Source of the DNA: Bacilli bacterium
Lineage (GTDB): Bacteria > Bacillota_I > Bacilli_A > RFN20 > CAG-826
Assembly (NCBI GenBank): GCA_045628045.1
Contig: JAZQOV010000014.1
Span: forward strand, 1-44,370
Reading direction: 5' to 3'
Length of the DNA: 44,370 nucleotides
Part shown: positions 32,656 to 44,370 of the stretch, piece after piece
Layout of the letters: the number at the start of each line of letters is the position of its first letter
Numbering within the stretch: position 1 is the stretch's first letter
Made by a program: the position numbers and the translations under genes
The notes under the pieces: model-generated
The model's database searches: none
Told to the model about the DNA's origin: nothing
Seen by the model: the letters and a program-made list of their open reading frames with translations, nothing else

Positions 32656-34665
32656 TTATGCTAACAATGAAAAATAACAAATTGTCCCTTCTAAATCTGT
32701 TCTTCTGATTTTAACATCGTACTTATTTAACAAATCTATAACATTATCAGATGGATGCCCATAATAATTTTTTGCTCCAACAGAGATAATTGCTTCTTTT
32801 GGAGTTGTAGCTTTTAAGAAAGCTTCACATGTTGAATATTTAGAACCGTGATGACCGATTTTTAAGATGTCACAATCAACATTATAATCTTTGATTATTT
32901 TCTTCTCAATTTCGCTTGATGCATCCCCTGTAAAAAGAAATTTTTTGTTCATAAAATCCATCATAAGAACCAAAGAAGAATCATTTGTTCCATCATCACA
33001 ATAAGTATTTAAATTTTCTATATTTAAATTCCCAATTTTATAAGGGAATTGTTTTTTGCTTGTAATTACTTCATTAACTTTAAAGTTAGAAATTAATGAG
33101 TCTTTTGCACCACTATGATCAAAATCGTCATGAGTTAATATTAATGCATCGATGTGAGTAATCTTTTTCTTATTCATAAAGGGAATAAGCGTATCGACCG
33201 CCATGTCACAGGATTTATTGCCTCCTGTATCAATCATTATGGTTTTATTTTTATTTTTAATAATTATGCTATCGCCTTGTCCAACGTTTACAAAGTAAAC
33301 CGCATTAGTAATTGGTTCTTGGAACGGAGTAATTGAAATAGTAATCAATGAAACGAGACATAAAGCCGCTATTTTCGCGTGTTTTATTCTCACTGATTCT
33401 AGATAAAAAACAATAAGTAAAGTAACACCACAGATAATAATAGAAAGTACTCCGTTCCAATCGCACACTGGGATTCTAATGTTTACAGAATCCACTTTTT
33501 CCAAAATCCACAGTTCACCTTTCGCAAGAAAATTGACTAATTTTGTTATTGGAAGAAATGTAGAGAAAGCTGAAATTAAAATAAAAAGGAAGTTTATAGA
33601 CACTAATAAAGGTCTCATCATGATATTTAGCGGATAAACATATGATGAAGTTATCATAAGGGGGATAACCAGTATGTTAAGGATGATCATATTTACATAC
33701 TTTCTCTTCTTTTTTTCTAGACATTTTGTTGCGTTCAATAGAATTGGGGTGAATGCGGACAATAGAAAACCGATATAAAACGCCTCTTGATAAACAAGAT
33801 GGTAATCAATAGCTATAAAGATCAATGCTAGCAAACAAACTAGCTCAATATGGGTGAATTTTCTCCTTTTAAAAGCGAACTCGTTTAAATATTTTAAGAA
33901 ATATAGCCCATACACCCTTAATGTGCCAATACGAGTGAAAGAGAAAAACGCTAATGGTAAATAGATAAATAATGTAAGAATCTTTGCCTTTTTACGTGAA
34001 CACTTAAGGTTAATAATATAATTAGTGACAGCAAACAATATATTTAAATATATTCCACTTAGTGAAAATAAATAAATCAATCCATTTCTGTCTAAAGTTT
34101 TAACTATATCACTTGAATAATCCTTATCATTAAACAAAAACGCGCTAATTAAAGTGGCTGCATCTTCATCAAATTTTGAAAGAAATTGATTCTTAAAATG
34201 GTGAATTTTTATAAACGATTTCCATCTGACGTCGATCGAGTCAACAAAAATCTCTCTTTGCGTTCCTTTATTGTTGAGGTATTTTTCGAAATTAAATTGG
34301 GATTCGTATGAATTGAATTTAAGGTCTTTTACCTGCCCCTTTATAGTAAGGAAATCACCTATTTCATAATCATTATTCTCAGAATATACATAGTATTTCG
34401 TAAATTTTGATTGAAAGATTATGTAATTATCTCTTGCGTCAATAACAATTCCCCCATAACTGGAATCATGATTAACTGGAAGCGGTATTTTGGGAATTAT
34501 CATTCCAATCCCAAACACCATTAGGCAAACCAAACCCATTCTTTTGCCTAATCTCCAAAATACAAAAAATAAATAACCTAAACTTAATAAAATTGAAAGA
34601 ACTATGTTATTTCTAAAGAAGTACAGACCAAGTATTAATGAGAATGTTGTAACAAGAAAACTCAT
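32656..34665 (-). CDS. comEC: DNA uptake channel ComEC (OB + Competence + beta-lactamase domains)
   Basis: FNFEKYL, multi-TM core, VNVGQGDS, IDTGG, THDDFDH, FTGDA, GHHGS, YYGHP, RRTDLEG. Confidence 0.9.
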   Translation of the reverse strand: MSFLVTTFSLILGLYFFRNNIVLSILLSLGYLFFVFWRLGKRMGLVCLMVFGIGMIIPKIPLPVNHDSSYGGIVIDARDNYIIFQSKFTKYYVYSENNDYEIGDFLTIKGQVKDLKFNSYESQFNFEKYLNNKGTQREIFVDSIDVRWKSFIKIHHFKNQFLSKFDEDAATLISAFLFNDKDYSSDIVKTLDRNGLIYLFSLSGIYLNILFAVTNYIINLKCSRKKAKILTLFIYLPLAFFSFTRIGTLRVYGLYFLKYLNEFAFKRRKFTHIELVCLLALIFIAIDYHLVYQEAFYIGFLLSAFTPILLNATKCLEKKKRKYVNMIILNILVIPLMITSSYVYPLNIMMRPLLVSINFLFILISAFSTFLPITKLVNFLAKGELWILEKVDSVNIRIPVCDWNGVLSIIICGVTLLIVFYLESVRIKHAKIAALCLVSLITISITPFQEPITNAVYFVNVGQGDSIIIKNKNKTIMIDTGGNKSCDMAVDTLIPFMNKKKITHIDALILTHDDFDHSGAKDSLISNFKVNEVITSKKQFPYKIGNLNIENLNTYCDDGTNDSSLVLMMDFMNKKFLFTGDASSEIEKKIIKDYNVDCDILKIGHHGSKYSTCEAFLKATTPKEAIISVGAKNYYGHPSDNVIDLLNKYDVKIRRTDLEGTICYFSLLA

Positions 34666-35216
34666 TAACCACGTAGACGGACGTAGTCTTTAATTTTTTC
34701 GAAAGTCGCGTTTCCGATGCCACTTACTTTTTTAAGATCTTCAATACGTTTAAATTCACCGTTGCTTTCGCGGTAATTTACTATTGCTTTAGCAATAGTT
34801 GAACCAATTCCATTAACAACTTGGAGCCCTTCTTCATTATCTCGGTTGATATTGGTTTTAACAATTGGTTCCATTGAACAAACGTCTGAATGATCATATT
34901 TTGGTGCAATATAAAAACTTGCTTTATCTTCTAATAAATAAGAAGTATCAAAAGCATATTCGTCTGCATTTGTAGTAAGTCCACCAGCAACACTTATAAG
35001 CTCTTCGAGTGTTGTGTTTTCTTCCAAAACATATGTTCCAGAACGTTTGACTTCGCCATCAATAGAAACTGAAATACTACCACTAGCAACATTTGTATTA
35101 TCAACTAAAGTAGTAGGAGCGTTTCCACCAGCTTTTTCAACTTTCGGATCAATGACTTGAAAAACAACAATCATCACCACGACGGTAGCTAAAACTGCTG
35201 CAAAAATTTTAACCAT
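34665..35216 (-). CDS. comEA: Competence DNA receptor ComEA
   Basis: N-terminal TM, SLBB-like GEVKRSGTY..AGG, HhH repeats NIN..VNGIG..KVSGIG. Start ATG 35216 after AGGAGG; TAATG coupling to comEC. Confidence 0.92.
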   Translation of the reverse strand: MVKIFAAVLATVVVMIVVFQVIDPKVEKAGGNAPTTLVDNTNVASGSISVSIDGEVKRSGTYVLEENTTLEELISVAGGLTTNADEYAFDTSYLLEDKASFYIAPKYDHSDVCSMEPIVKTNINRDNEEGLQVVNGIGSTIAKAIVNYRESNGEFKRIEDLKKVSGIGNATFEKIKDYVRLRG

Positions 35217-35234
35217 TATGTTTTCCTCCTTCAC

Positions 35235-35269
35235 ATACTAATTAGAGAGAAAAACACAAAAATGTTAAT
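35235..35269 (-). promoter_or_regulatory. Bipartite promoter-like motif (putative competence sigma promoter), copy 2
   Basis: ATTAACATTTT-N10-TCTCTAATTAGTAT, 4 nt before the comEA RBS; matches 12862-12896. Confidence 0.75.
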
Positions 35270-35302
35270 TTATTTTTTTGATTTACATAGTAAATCACTT
35301 TT

Positions 35303-37849
<2,547 letters not shown>

Positions 37850-37875
37850 GATGATGTCCTCCTTCATTTTTATAT

Positions 37876-38080
37876 AAAAAAGCGCCCTATTTAAGGACGC
37901 TTATACGTGGTACCACCTTAATTCTCTTATAAAATAAGAGCACTTAATTAAGTTTTAACGTAACAACCGGAATGTTCCCATTCAGCCTCGCAAGCGACAA
38001 TGATTAATTCTTAATGAGATGCTTCCACCATCCATCTCTCTCTATAATTAAGTCTATTAATCAACCTCTTGGTCAACAGC
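37876..38080 (-). promoter_or_regulatory. T-box riboswitch (Val specifier GUC) with terminator
   Basis: AGAGA and GGTGGAA in stem I; specifier GTC at 37998-37996; T-box AAGGTGGTACCACG (37919-37906); terminator 37876-37902; TGnTATAAT at about 38095-38087. Confidence 0.9.
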
Positions 38081-38110
38081 AAATAAATTATAACAAGTTC
38101 TTTATTTTAA

Positions 38111-38683
38111 TTAAAGAATTTGTGATATTTTAGCCTTAATTTCATCAAGTCCTGTTCCTTTTGAGGAAGAGGCAAGAATGAAATTTTCAATTCCTAATTC
38201 AACTTGAATATGTTTCTTTATTTTAGCCTTCTCTGATTGATTTAATTTATCAGATTTTGAAGCCACTAAAATAAAAGGAATTTGTTTATTTATGATAAAA
38301 TCATAAAAAGCACGGTCGTCTTTAGACATTTCATGTCTCGAGTCGACAATAAAGACAACACCTGCAAGTGAAGGATTATCGAAATATGTTTCCATCATTT
38401 CTGAAAATGAATCGAGTAATTTTCCTCCACTTGCAGTGTATCCATAACCTGGAGCATCTACTAAATAAAATTTTTCATCAATTTCGAAATAATTTAAAAG
38501 CTTTGTATAACCTGGTTTTGAAGAGGTATAAGCAAGCTTAGAATTCTTCACTAAGGCATTAATTAAAGAACTCTTACCAACATTTGATTTACCAACAAAA
38601 ACTACTTCAGGTAGATTTTTATCTGGTTTTAAATCATAAGTAGGAGCAGATTTGAGAAATTTTGCCTTAGAAAAATTGATCAT
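38111..38683 (-). CDS. engB: Ribosome biogenesis GTPase EngB/YsxC
   Basis: GKSNVGKSSLIN, SSKPG.T, DAPGYG, SKSDK; follows lon. Start ATG 38683. Confidence 0.95.
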   Translation of the reverse strand: MINFSKAKFLKSAPTYDLKPDKNLPEVVFVGKSNVGKSSLINALVKNSKLAYTSSKPGYTKLLNYFEIDEKFYLVDAPGYGYTASGGKLLDSFSEMMETYFDNPSLAGVVFIVDSRHEMSKDDRAFYDFIINKQIPFILVASKSDKLNQSEKAKIKKHIQVELGIENFILASSSKGTGLDEIKAKISQIL

Positions 38684-38684
38684 T

Positions 38685-41003
38685 TTATTTAACAAGTGCT
38701 ACCTTTAATGCATCATCAACATTTTTCATGAAAATGATGTTAATATTTGATTTAACTTCCTTTGGAAGTTCATCTACAGCTTTTTTGTTATCTTTTGGAA
38801 CAATTATTGTTTTGATTCCACTTCTTAAAGCTGCCATAGATTTCTCACGAAGCCCACCAATTGGAAGTGCGTTTCCACGTAACGTTACTTCGCCTGTCAT
38901 AGCCACTTCGTTGCTAACTGGAGATTTAGTGTAGCAAGAAATAATGGCTGTTGTGATAGCAACACCAGCACTTGGTCCATCTTTTGGAACAGCGCCTTCA
39001 GGAACGTGAATGTGAATGTCGTTACTTTCAAATAATTTTGGATCAATTTTGTATTTTGATGCATTTGAACGAACATAAGAATAGGCAATTGTTGCAGATT
39101 CTTTCATAACGTCACCAAGTTTACCTGTGAGAATGAGATTTCCCTTACCAGGGAAATAATTAACCTCAATTGGGAGAATATCTCCGCCATATTGAGTGTA
39201 AGCAAGTCCAGTAACAACACCGACTTGCCCTTTTTCTTCTTTCTTTGTGTTGTCAAAAATTGGAGCTCCAAGATATTTTTCGATTAAATCAGGAGTAACT
39301 TCAATTTTCTTAATTTCATTATTAGTGAGTAATTCCACTACCGCTTTTCTCATAACAGAGGCCATTTTACGTTCAAGTTCACGAACACCAGATTCTCTAG
39401 TATATGAACGAATAAGATGTAAATATGATTCTTCTGTGAATGAAATTTGTCTTGATTTTAATCCGTTTGCAGCAAGTTCTTTCTTTAATAAGAAACCTTT
39501 TGCAATCTTAACTTTTTCAAGTTCAGTGTAGCTATTAACTTCGATGAGTTCCAATCTATCACGAAGTGGAGCAGGAATATTTTCAAGATAGTTTGCGGTA
39601 CAAATGAATAAAACATTACTCAAATCGTAAGGCTCTTCGAGGAAGTTATCATTAAATGCAAAGTTTTGTTCAGGATCAAGAACCTCTAAAAGAGCACTTG
39701 CTGGATCTCCTTTATATGACGAGGCTAATTTATCAATTTCATCGAGTAAGAAAACTGGGTTAGTAACACCAACACGTTTCATACCTGAAATAATTCTTCC
39801 TGGCATAGAACCAACATAAGTTCTTCTATGTCCACGAATTTCAGCTTCATCGGAGATTCCACCTAAACTTGCTTTAAAGAACTTTCTTCCTAAAGCTCTT
39901 GCAATTGACTTACCTAAAGAAGTCTTGCCGCATCCTGGAGGGCCGTAAAAACATAAAATAGGGGCCTTTAAATTGCCTGTCATTTTCTTTACGGCTAAAT
40001 ATTCGACAATACGTTTTTTGACGTCTACAAGACCATAATGGTCTTCATCCAATATTTTCTTAACATTTTCAAGGTCATCATTATCTGCAGTTTCTTCATA
40101 CCATGGCACATCCATTAGTGTTTGAATGTAACTCATAATGAGTGAAGATTCTAGAGATGCTTGAGGCATCATTGAAAAACGTTTAAGTTCATTTCTAACC
40201 TTAACTTTTACGTGTTCTGGATAAGGATTTTCCTCGAGACGTTTTTTAATATTTTCTTCATCAGAGCTTCCATCTGGATCATCGCCAAGTTCCTTTTTAA
40301 TGGCTCTTAGCTTTTCACGCAAGATGTAATCTCTTTGTTGTTTTTCAGTTTGTTCACTGACATCTTTTTGTAAATCGTGCTCGATTTCAGCTTCTTTCTT
40401 GACTTCGTCAAGAGATGCAATAATTAAACCTAAACGTTTTTCAACATCAAGTTCATTTAAAATTGCAAGACGTCCAGCATCTGTAAGAGGAATGAATGGA
40501 GCTAAAATGTCAGGTAGTAAAACTGGATCAACGCCTTTTGATGTAATTTCTTGCATTGTCTTTATTGGAATAATTGAATTAATTTTTGGCATTTGCATAA
40601 CCATTCCAATAATTGTCTTACTAAGAACAACTAATCTTTGATTATTTGCCACTTCGTCTTCAATTGTTTCGGCATCTGCAACGAAATATCCGGCTTGATC
40701 AAATGAGAAATTATTAATTTTTACTCTTTTTGTACCTGTAATATGCACCCTAATGTAGTTCTTCATATTTGTGTATGAAGTAATACGACATAAAGTACCG
40801 ATTTCATTAACATCTTTAGATGTTGGTACTTCTATAGATGGATCTTTTTGGGTAACAACTAAAAGGAGGGAAGAATTTAAATCCCTTGATGCGTCGATAG
40901 CTTTTATAGAGAAGTCTCTACCGGCATCAACTTGTAAATTTCTTTGTTCAGGAAAAACACAAAATTGCTTTGTAATAAGTAATGGTAAAGTCATTTTTGC
41001 CAT
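38685..41003 (-). CDS. lon: ATP-dependent Lon protease
   Basis: GPPGCGKTS, GHRRTYVG, LDEIDK, PKDGPSAG (catalytic Ser), IGGLREK (catalytic Lys). Confidence 0.98.
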   Translation of the reverse strand: MAKMTLPLLITKQFCVFPEQRNLQVDAGRDFSIKAIDASRDLNSSLLLVVTQKDPSIEVPTSKDVNEIGTLCRITSYTNMKNYIRVHITGTKRVKINNFSFDQAGYFVADAETIEDEVANNQRLVVLSKTIIGMVMQMPKINSIIPIKTMQEITSKGVDPVLLPDILAPFIPLTDAGRLAILNELDVEKRLGLIIASLDEVKKEAEIEHDLQKDVSEQTEKQQRDYILREKLRAIKKELGDDPDGSSDEENIKKRLEENPYPEHVKVKVRNELKRFSMMPQASLESSLIMSYIQTLMDVPWYEETADNDDLENVKKILDEDHYGLVDVKKRIVEYLAVKKMTGNLKAPILCFYGPPGCGKTSLGKSIARALGRKFFKASLGGISDEAEIRGHRRTYVGSMPGRIISGMKRVGVTNPVFLLDEIDKLASSYKGDPASALLEVLDPEQNFAFNDNFLEEPYDLSNVLFICTANYLENIPAPLRDRLELIEVNSYTELEKVKIAKGFLLKKELAANGLKSRQISFTEESYLHLIRSYTRESGVRELERKMASVMRKAVVELLTNNEIKKIEVTPDLIEKYLGAPIFDNTKKEEKGQVGVVTGLAYTQYGGDILPIEVNYFPGKGNLILTGKLGDVMKESATIAYSYVRSNASKYKIDPKLFESNDIHIHVPEGAVPKDGPSAGVAITTAIISCYTKSPVSNEVAMTGEVTLRGNALPIGGLREKSMAALRSGIKTIIVPKDNKKAVDELPKEVKSNINIIFMKNVDDALKVALVK

Positions 41004-41027
41004 AGTTTTTCCTCCTTTTTAATAGAA

Positions 41028-42305
41028 TTAAGCGATATTTTCTTTAACTAAGAAGTCTTGAATCTTACGTTGACGAAGTTCTGCTTTAAATCTTGGCATA
41101 TCTTGTCCTAAGATTTCTTTGACTTTGTCAACTGGCATCTTATATGTGTCTGCAATTGTCTTCATTTCTTTTTCGACATCTGCATCAGTAACATCAAGTT
41201 TTTCAGCTTTTGCGATTTCTTCCATACAGAGTATGGTGCGTAAATTCTTTTCAGCTTCAGCTTTCATGCTCTTTTCAACATCTTCGGCCTTTTGACCGGT
41301 GATTTGATAATATTGTTCGAGAGTTAAGCCACGTTGTTGAATTTGTTGTTCCATGTTTTTCTTCATGCCTTCAACTTCTTCAGCAATAACTTCTGCTGCA
41401 AGTTCAATCTTTGCAGCTTCTGAAATCTTATCTAAAACTTTGTTTAAAGCATCGCCTTGTGCTTTGTTTTCTTTTTGAGCTTTGATTGATTTCTTTTCGT
41501 ATTCACGAAGACCTGCTTCATCTTTAACTTCTGGGATGTTTAAATCCTTGATTAATTCAGCATCAAGTTTTGGAGTGACTTTTGATTTCACTTCGTGAAT
41601 TGTACATTTAAATAATGCTTTTTTGCCAGCAAGTTCTGGAACATATTGTGTTGGGAAAGTGACATTAACATCAACTTTTTCACCTGCTTTGTGACCAACT
41701 AATTGATCTTCAAAGCCTGGAACAAATGAATTTGAACCAAGTTCGAGTGAATAGTTTTCTGCTTTACCACCATCAAATTCTTTTCCGTCAACTGTGCCAA
41801 CAAAGTCCATAACGACTGTGTCGCCTTTTGCAGCAGCGCCTTCTTTTACGACAAGTGAAGCGTTTTGGGCAACGAGTTTGTCGATTGCTTCTTGAACTTC
41901 TTTGTCAGTAACTGAAACAGCTTCTTTCTTAACTGCTAAACCTTTGTACTTACCAAGTTGGACTTCTGGAGCAAGAACAATAATGAACTTTAATTGAAGT
42001 TCTTTATCACTTACTTTAGTAACATCAACACTTGGTCTTGCAAATGGTTGAAGTTTTTCTTCTTTGAGAACTTCTTCAAATGCTGGTTGAAGCATTGAAT
42101 TAATTCCTTCATTGAAGATAGAACCTTGATCAATGTGTTGTTTTGCCATTGCTTCTGGAACATTTCCCTTACGGAAACCTTTGATCTCAAGATTTTTTGC
42201 TAATTTCTTAAATGCTTTTTCTTGAGCTTCTTTCCAAACTTTTTCATCAACGTCGCAGATAACTTCGACTTTTGATTTTTCAAGTTTATTTACAACTCTT
42301 TTCAT
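41028..42305 (-). CDS. tig: Trigger factor
   Basis: IKGFRKGNVP ribosome-binding loop; FKBP domain FDGG..LGSNSFVPGFEDQL. Confidence 0.97.
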   Translation of the reverse strand: MKRVVNKLEKSKVEVICDVDEKVWKEAQEKAFKKLAKNLEIKGFRKGNVPEAMAKQHIDQGSIFNEGINSMLQPAFEEVLKEEKLQPFARPSVDVTKVSDKELQLKFIIVLAPEVQLGKYKGLAVKKEAVSVTDKEVQEAIDKLVAQNASLVVKEGAAAKGDTVVMDFVGTVDGKEFDGGKAENYSLELGSNSFVPGFEDQLVGHKAGEKVDVNVTFPTQYVPELAGKKALFKCTIHEVKSKVTPKLDAELIKDLNIPEVKDEAGLREYEKKSIKAQKENKAQGDALNKVLDKISEAAKIELAAEVIAEEVEGMKKNMEQQIQQRGLTLEQYYQITGQKAEDVEKSMKAEAEKNLRTILCMEEIAKAEKLDVTDADVEKEMKTIADTYKMPVDKVKEILGQDMPRFKAELRQRKIQDFLVKENIA

Positions 42306-42414
42306 AAATTATTTAATCTCCTTTAATTTACAAAGTAAAAGTATACGAGTTTAGCCTCATATACGCAATAAGAAAAATACTTTTTAATGTGTTTTTATCT
42401 TTGATAGGTTCTTA

Positions 42415-43317
42415 TTAGAGCCTTATTTCTGGTGTTGACTCAATTATTTTGCGAATTTTATCGCTTAATTTTATAGTTTCTTCATCATACGATGAAGGTT
42501 TTTTATCTAAATAGCTTTCTGCAATTCTTATGAATGCAGATGAAAGCTTTTCTAAGTCTAAATTAAAAATATCTTCTGGATAAGTGTCAATGATGTAACA
42601 ATTAAATAAATGAAGGGCAGTTTCGGTTAATGAAACATCATTTTTAGCTTTTAAAGTTATGAGTTTGCAGGTTTCATTAAAACCATTTCCTGAGAAAGGC
42701 GGATTCACCTTGGAAGGATTGATTTTCAGCATTCCTTTTTGTGATAAAAATTCAATTTCCTCATTAAATTTTTCATCAATTAAGAGAATTAAAGCATAAG
42801 TTCTAAAGTTAGGATTTACGTCCTCTCTTTTCATGAAAATTTTTAAAGAATCAATATAAATATTGATATTAAAATTCTTTAGTGAAAATAGAACTTGTGA
42901 AATTTTGCCTTGATCTGTTTCTTTTTCTAAAATATCGTAAATTTCATCGAGTTCAAATTTTTGATGTGCTTTTGGATGAGATTCTTCTTCAATTCTATCC
43001 TTCATTTCTCTCATAAATTCTTCAACTTCTTGGGAAACATATGGAAGATTTTCGTAATGTTTAAGTGCAAGGCGTGCTTCATCAAACAATTTTTTAGATA
43101 AAAGTAATTCAAAATGTAATTTCATTAAACGAAGTTGATATTTAACTTCAATCAATGATTGATTTTTCTCAATTTCATCTAAAGCTTTATCAATATTGCC
43201 TTTAATAACATAACAAGAAATGCGCATTAAAAGTTCTTTTGGATCTTTCGATTCTTTTGTTAAATCCAAAATTAAATCGTATTCTTTTTTATTAAATAAA
43301 GACTCTATATTGTCCAT
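42415..43317 (-). CDS. Hypothetical alpha-helical protein (TPR-like N-terminus; possibly DUF3196-like)
   Basis: Long ORF abutting the ZIP gene, with helical repeats and an LPYVSQEVEE motif. Family assignment is tentative. Confidence 0.6.
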   Translation of the reverse strand: MDNIESLFNKKEYDLILDLTKESKDPKELLMRISCYVIKGNIDKALDEIEKNQSLIEVKYQLRLMKLHFELLLSKKLFDEARLALKHYENLPYVSQEVEEFMREMKDRIEEESHPKAHQKFELDEIYDILEKETDQGKISQVLFSLKNFNINIYIDSLKIFMKREDVNPNFRTYALILLIDEKFNEEIEFLSQKGMLKINPSKVNPPFSGNGFNETCKLITLKAKNDVSLTETALHLFNCYIIDTYPEDIFNLDLEKLSSAFIRIAESYLDKKPSSYDEETIKLSDKIRKIIESTPEIRL

Positions 43318-43318
43318 A

Positions 43319-44164
43319 TTAAATTAGCACTAAAATAAATCCGAGTAATAAACCAATAAGCATCATAAGAGCTGGGAATTTACTCTTCCACATAAGTATT
43401 GATTCTGGTAAAAGTTCACCAAATACGACGTATAACATCGCACCGCTAGCAAGTGAAAGCGAAACTGATAAGAATGTGTAATTAACCATTCCAAGTAAAA
43501 AGCCAATAATTGCACCTATAATTGTTGGAAAACCAGACAAAGCAGTATATAATACTGCTTTCCATTTCTTTGTTCCACCGCTTATTAAAGGAACAGAGAC
43601 AGCCATTCCTTCAGGAATATTATGAATTCCAATGACAATTGCAATGATTAAAGCGCTGCCACCAACGATCAAATCTGGTTGTCCAGCATAAGTCGCGCCA
43701 ATAACCATACCTTCTGGCAAATTATGAAGTGCAATAACAATTGCCATAACAAGGCCTGCTTCAAAAAGGCGATTGTCACTCTTCTTATGATGTTCAAGGT
43801 GATCAGCGTGAATAATTTCATTTAAATCATCATGAACTTCAGGGTGATTGCTCGATGTATGAGGAACTTCTTTTTGAAGTTTTTTATCAATAATCTTGTT
43901 TATAAGATAAACAATTATATAACCAACTAATGTACAACCAACGACAAGGAACGGATTAACGTTATGTCCTTCTGCTGGTTCGATTGCTTCTTTAAGTAAA
44001 TCAAAACAAACAACTGCAAGCATTATTCCTGCAGCAAATGATAAGAAAAGAGAGACTAATTTTTTAGAGTCTTTTTTGCAAAAAGCACCAATAAGTCCAC
44101 CAATGCCAGTGCCAATAACTCCAGCAATGAATGTGATTAAGATAATCCAGCCAATGTTTTCCAT
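43319..44164 (-). CDS. ZIP-family metal transporter (ZupT/GufA-like)
   Basis: SFAAGIML, His-rich loop, HNLPEG and HNIPEG, GAMLYVV.ELLPE. Start ATG 44164. Confidence 0.9.
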   Translation of the reverse strand: MENIGWIILITFIAGVIGTGIGGLIGAFCKKDSKKLVSLFLSFAAGIMLAVVCFDLLKEAIEPAEGHNVNPFLVVGCTLVGYIIVYLINKIIDKKLQKEVPHTSSNHPEVHDDLNEIIHADHLEHHKKSDNRLFEAGLVMAIVIALHNLPEGMVIGATYAGQPDLIVGGSALIIAIVIGIHNIPEGMAVSVPLISGGTKKWKAVLYTALSGFPTIIGAIIGFLLGMVNYTFLSVSLSLASGAMLYVVFGELLPESILMWKSKFPALMMLIGLLLGFILVLI

Positions 44165-44174
44165 ACCGGCTGAT

Positions 44175-44203
44175 ATTATATAGAATTTCTTAATTCTATG
44201 CAA
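44175..44203 (-). promoter_or_regulatory. SigA promoter of the ZIP gene with a palindrome in the spacer
   Basis: TTGCAT-17-TATAAT; ATAGAATT-N4-AATTCTAT at 44180-44199. Confidence 0.6.
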
Positions 44204-44229
44204 ATTAGATAATAAAAAAGAGCACTTGT

Positions 44230-44370
44230 TGAAATGTACCCCTAATCCTGGACAAAACTAGGAAAAGGGGTATTTTTCATGAAATACGATTCGAAATTTA
44301 AACTTGATTGTGTTCTCAAGTATAAAGAAGGAAGACGAGATTTTGCGCCTGCTGGTATTAGCAGACACTG
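44230..44370 (+). mobile_element. Left end of a second IS3-family insertion sequence, truncated by the window edge
   Basis: TGAAATGTACCCCTAATCCTGGACA terminal IR followed by an OrfA-like ORF. Confidence 0.75.
44279..44370 (+). CDS. IS3-family transposase N-terminus (partial)
   Basis: MKYDSKFKLDCVLKYKEGRRDFAPAGISRH matches the 'Y..EFKL..V..Y' OrfA HTH start pattern. Confidence 0.7.
   Translation, partial: MKYDSKFKLDCVLKYKEGRRDFAPAGISRH

Overview
AT-rich, gene-dense chromosomal segment, almost all on the minus strand, from a reduced low-GC Firmicute. It is most likely an uncultured Bacilli/Mollicutes-related lineage; this is inferred from the alpha2-type GlyRS, tig-lon without clpX and the retained Bacillus-like synteny. 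TGA is used as a stop codon. The gene order follows the conserved B. subtilis run tig-lon-engB-valS / comEA-comEC-holA-rpsT / lepA-hemW-hrcA-grpE-dnaK-dnaJ-rsmE-mtaB / rpsU-ybeY-cdd-era-recO-glyQS-dnaG-sigA-trmK-nif3-ispH-cshB-nfo, with several losses and insertions. Both ends of the window run into the left ends of two different IS3-family elements. The most striking signal is an identical bipartite promoter-like motif (ATTAACATTTT-N10-TCTCTAATTAGTAT, followed by an AGGAGG RBS) upstream of both comEA-comEC and a lone C39-peptidase/membrane protein with no ATPase domain, about 22 kb away. This suggests an undescribed alternative-sigma competence regulon that includes a peptide-processing component. 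Also seen: three CIRCE boxes, a valS T-box, several apparently leaderless genes, a terminator encoded inside holA, a pseudo-Fic protein, and an apparent absence of the CGG codon.
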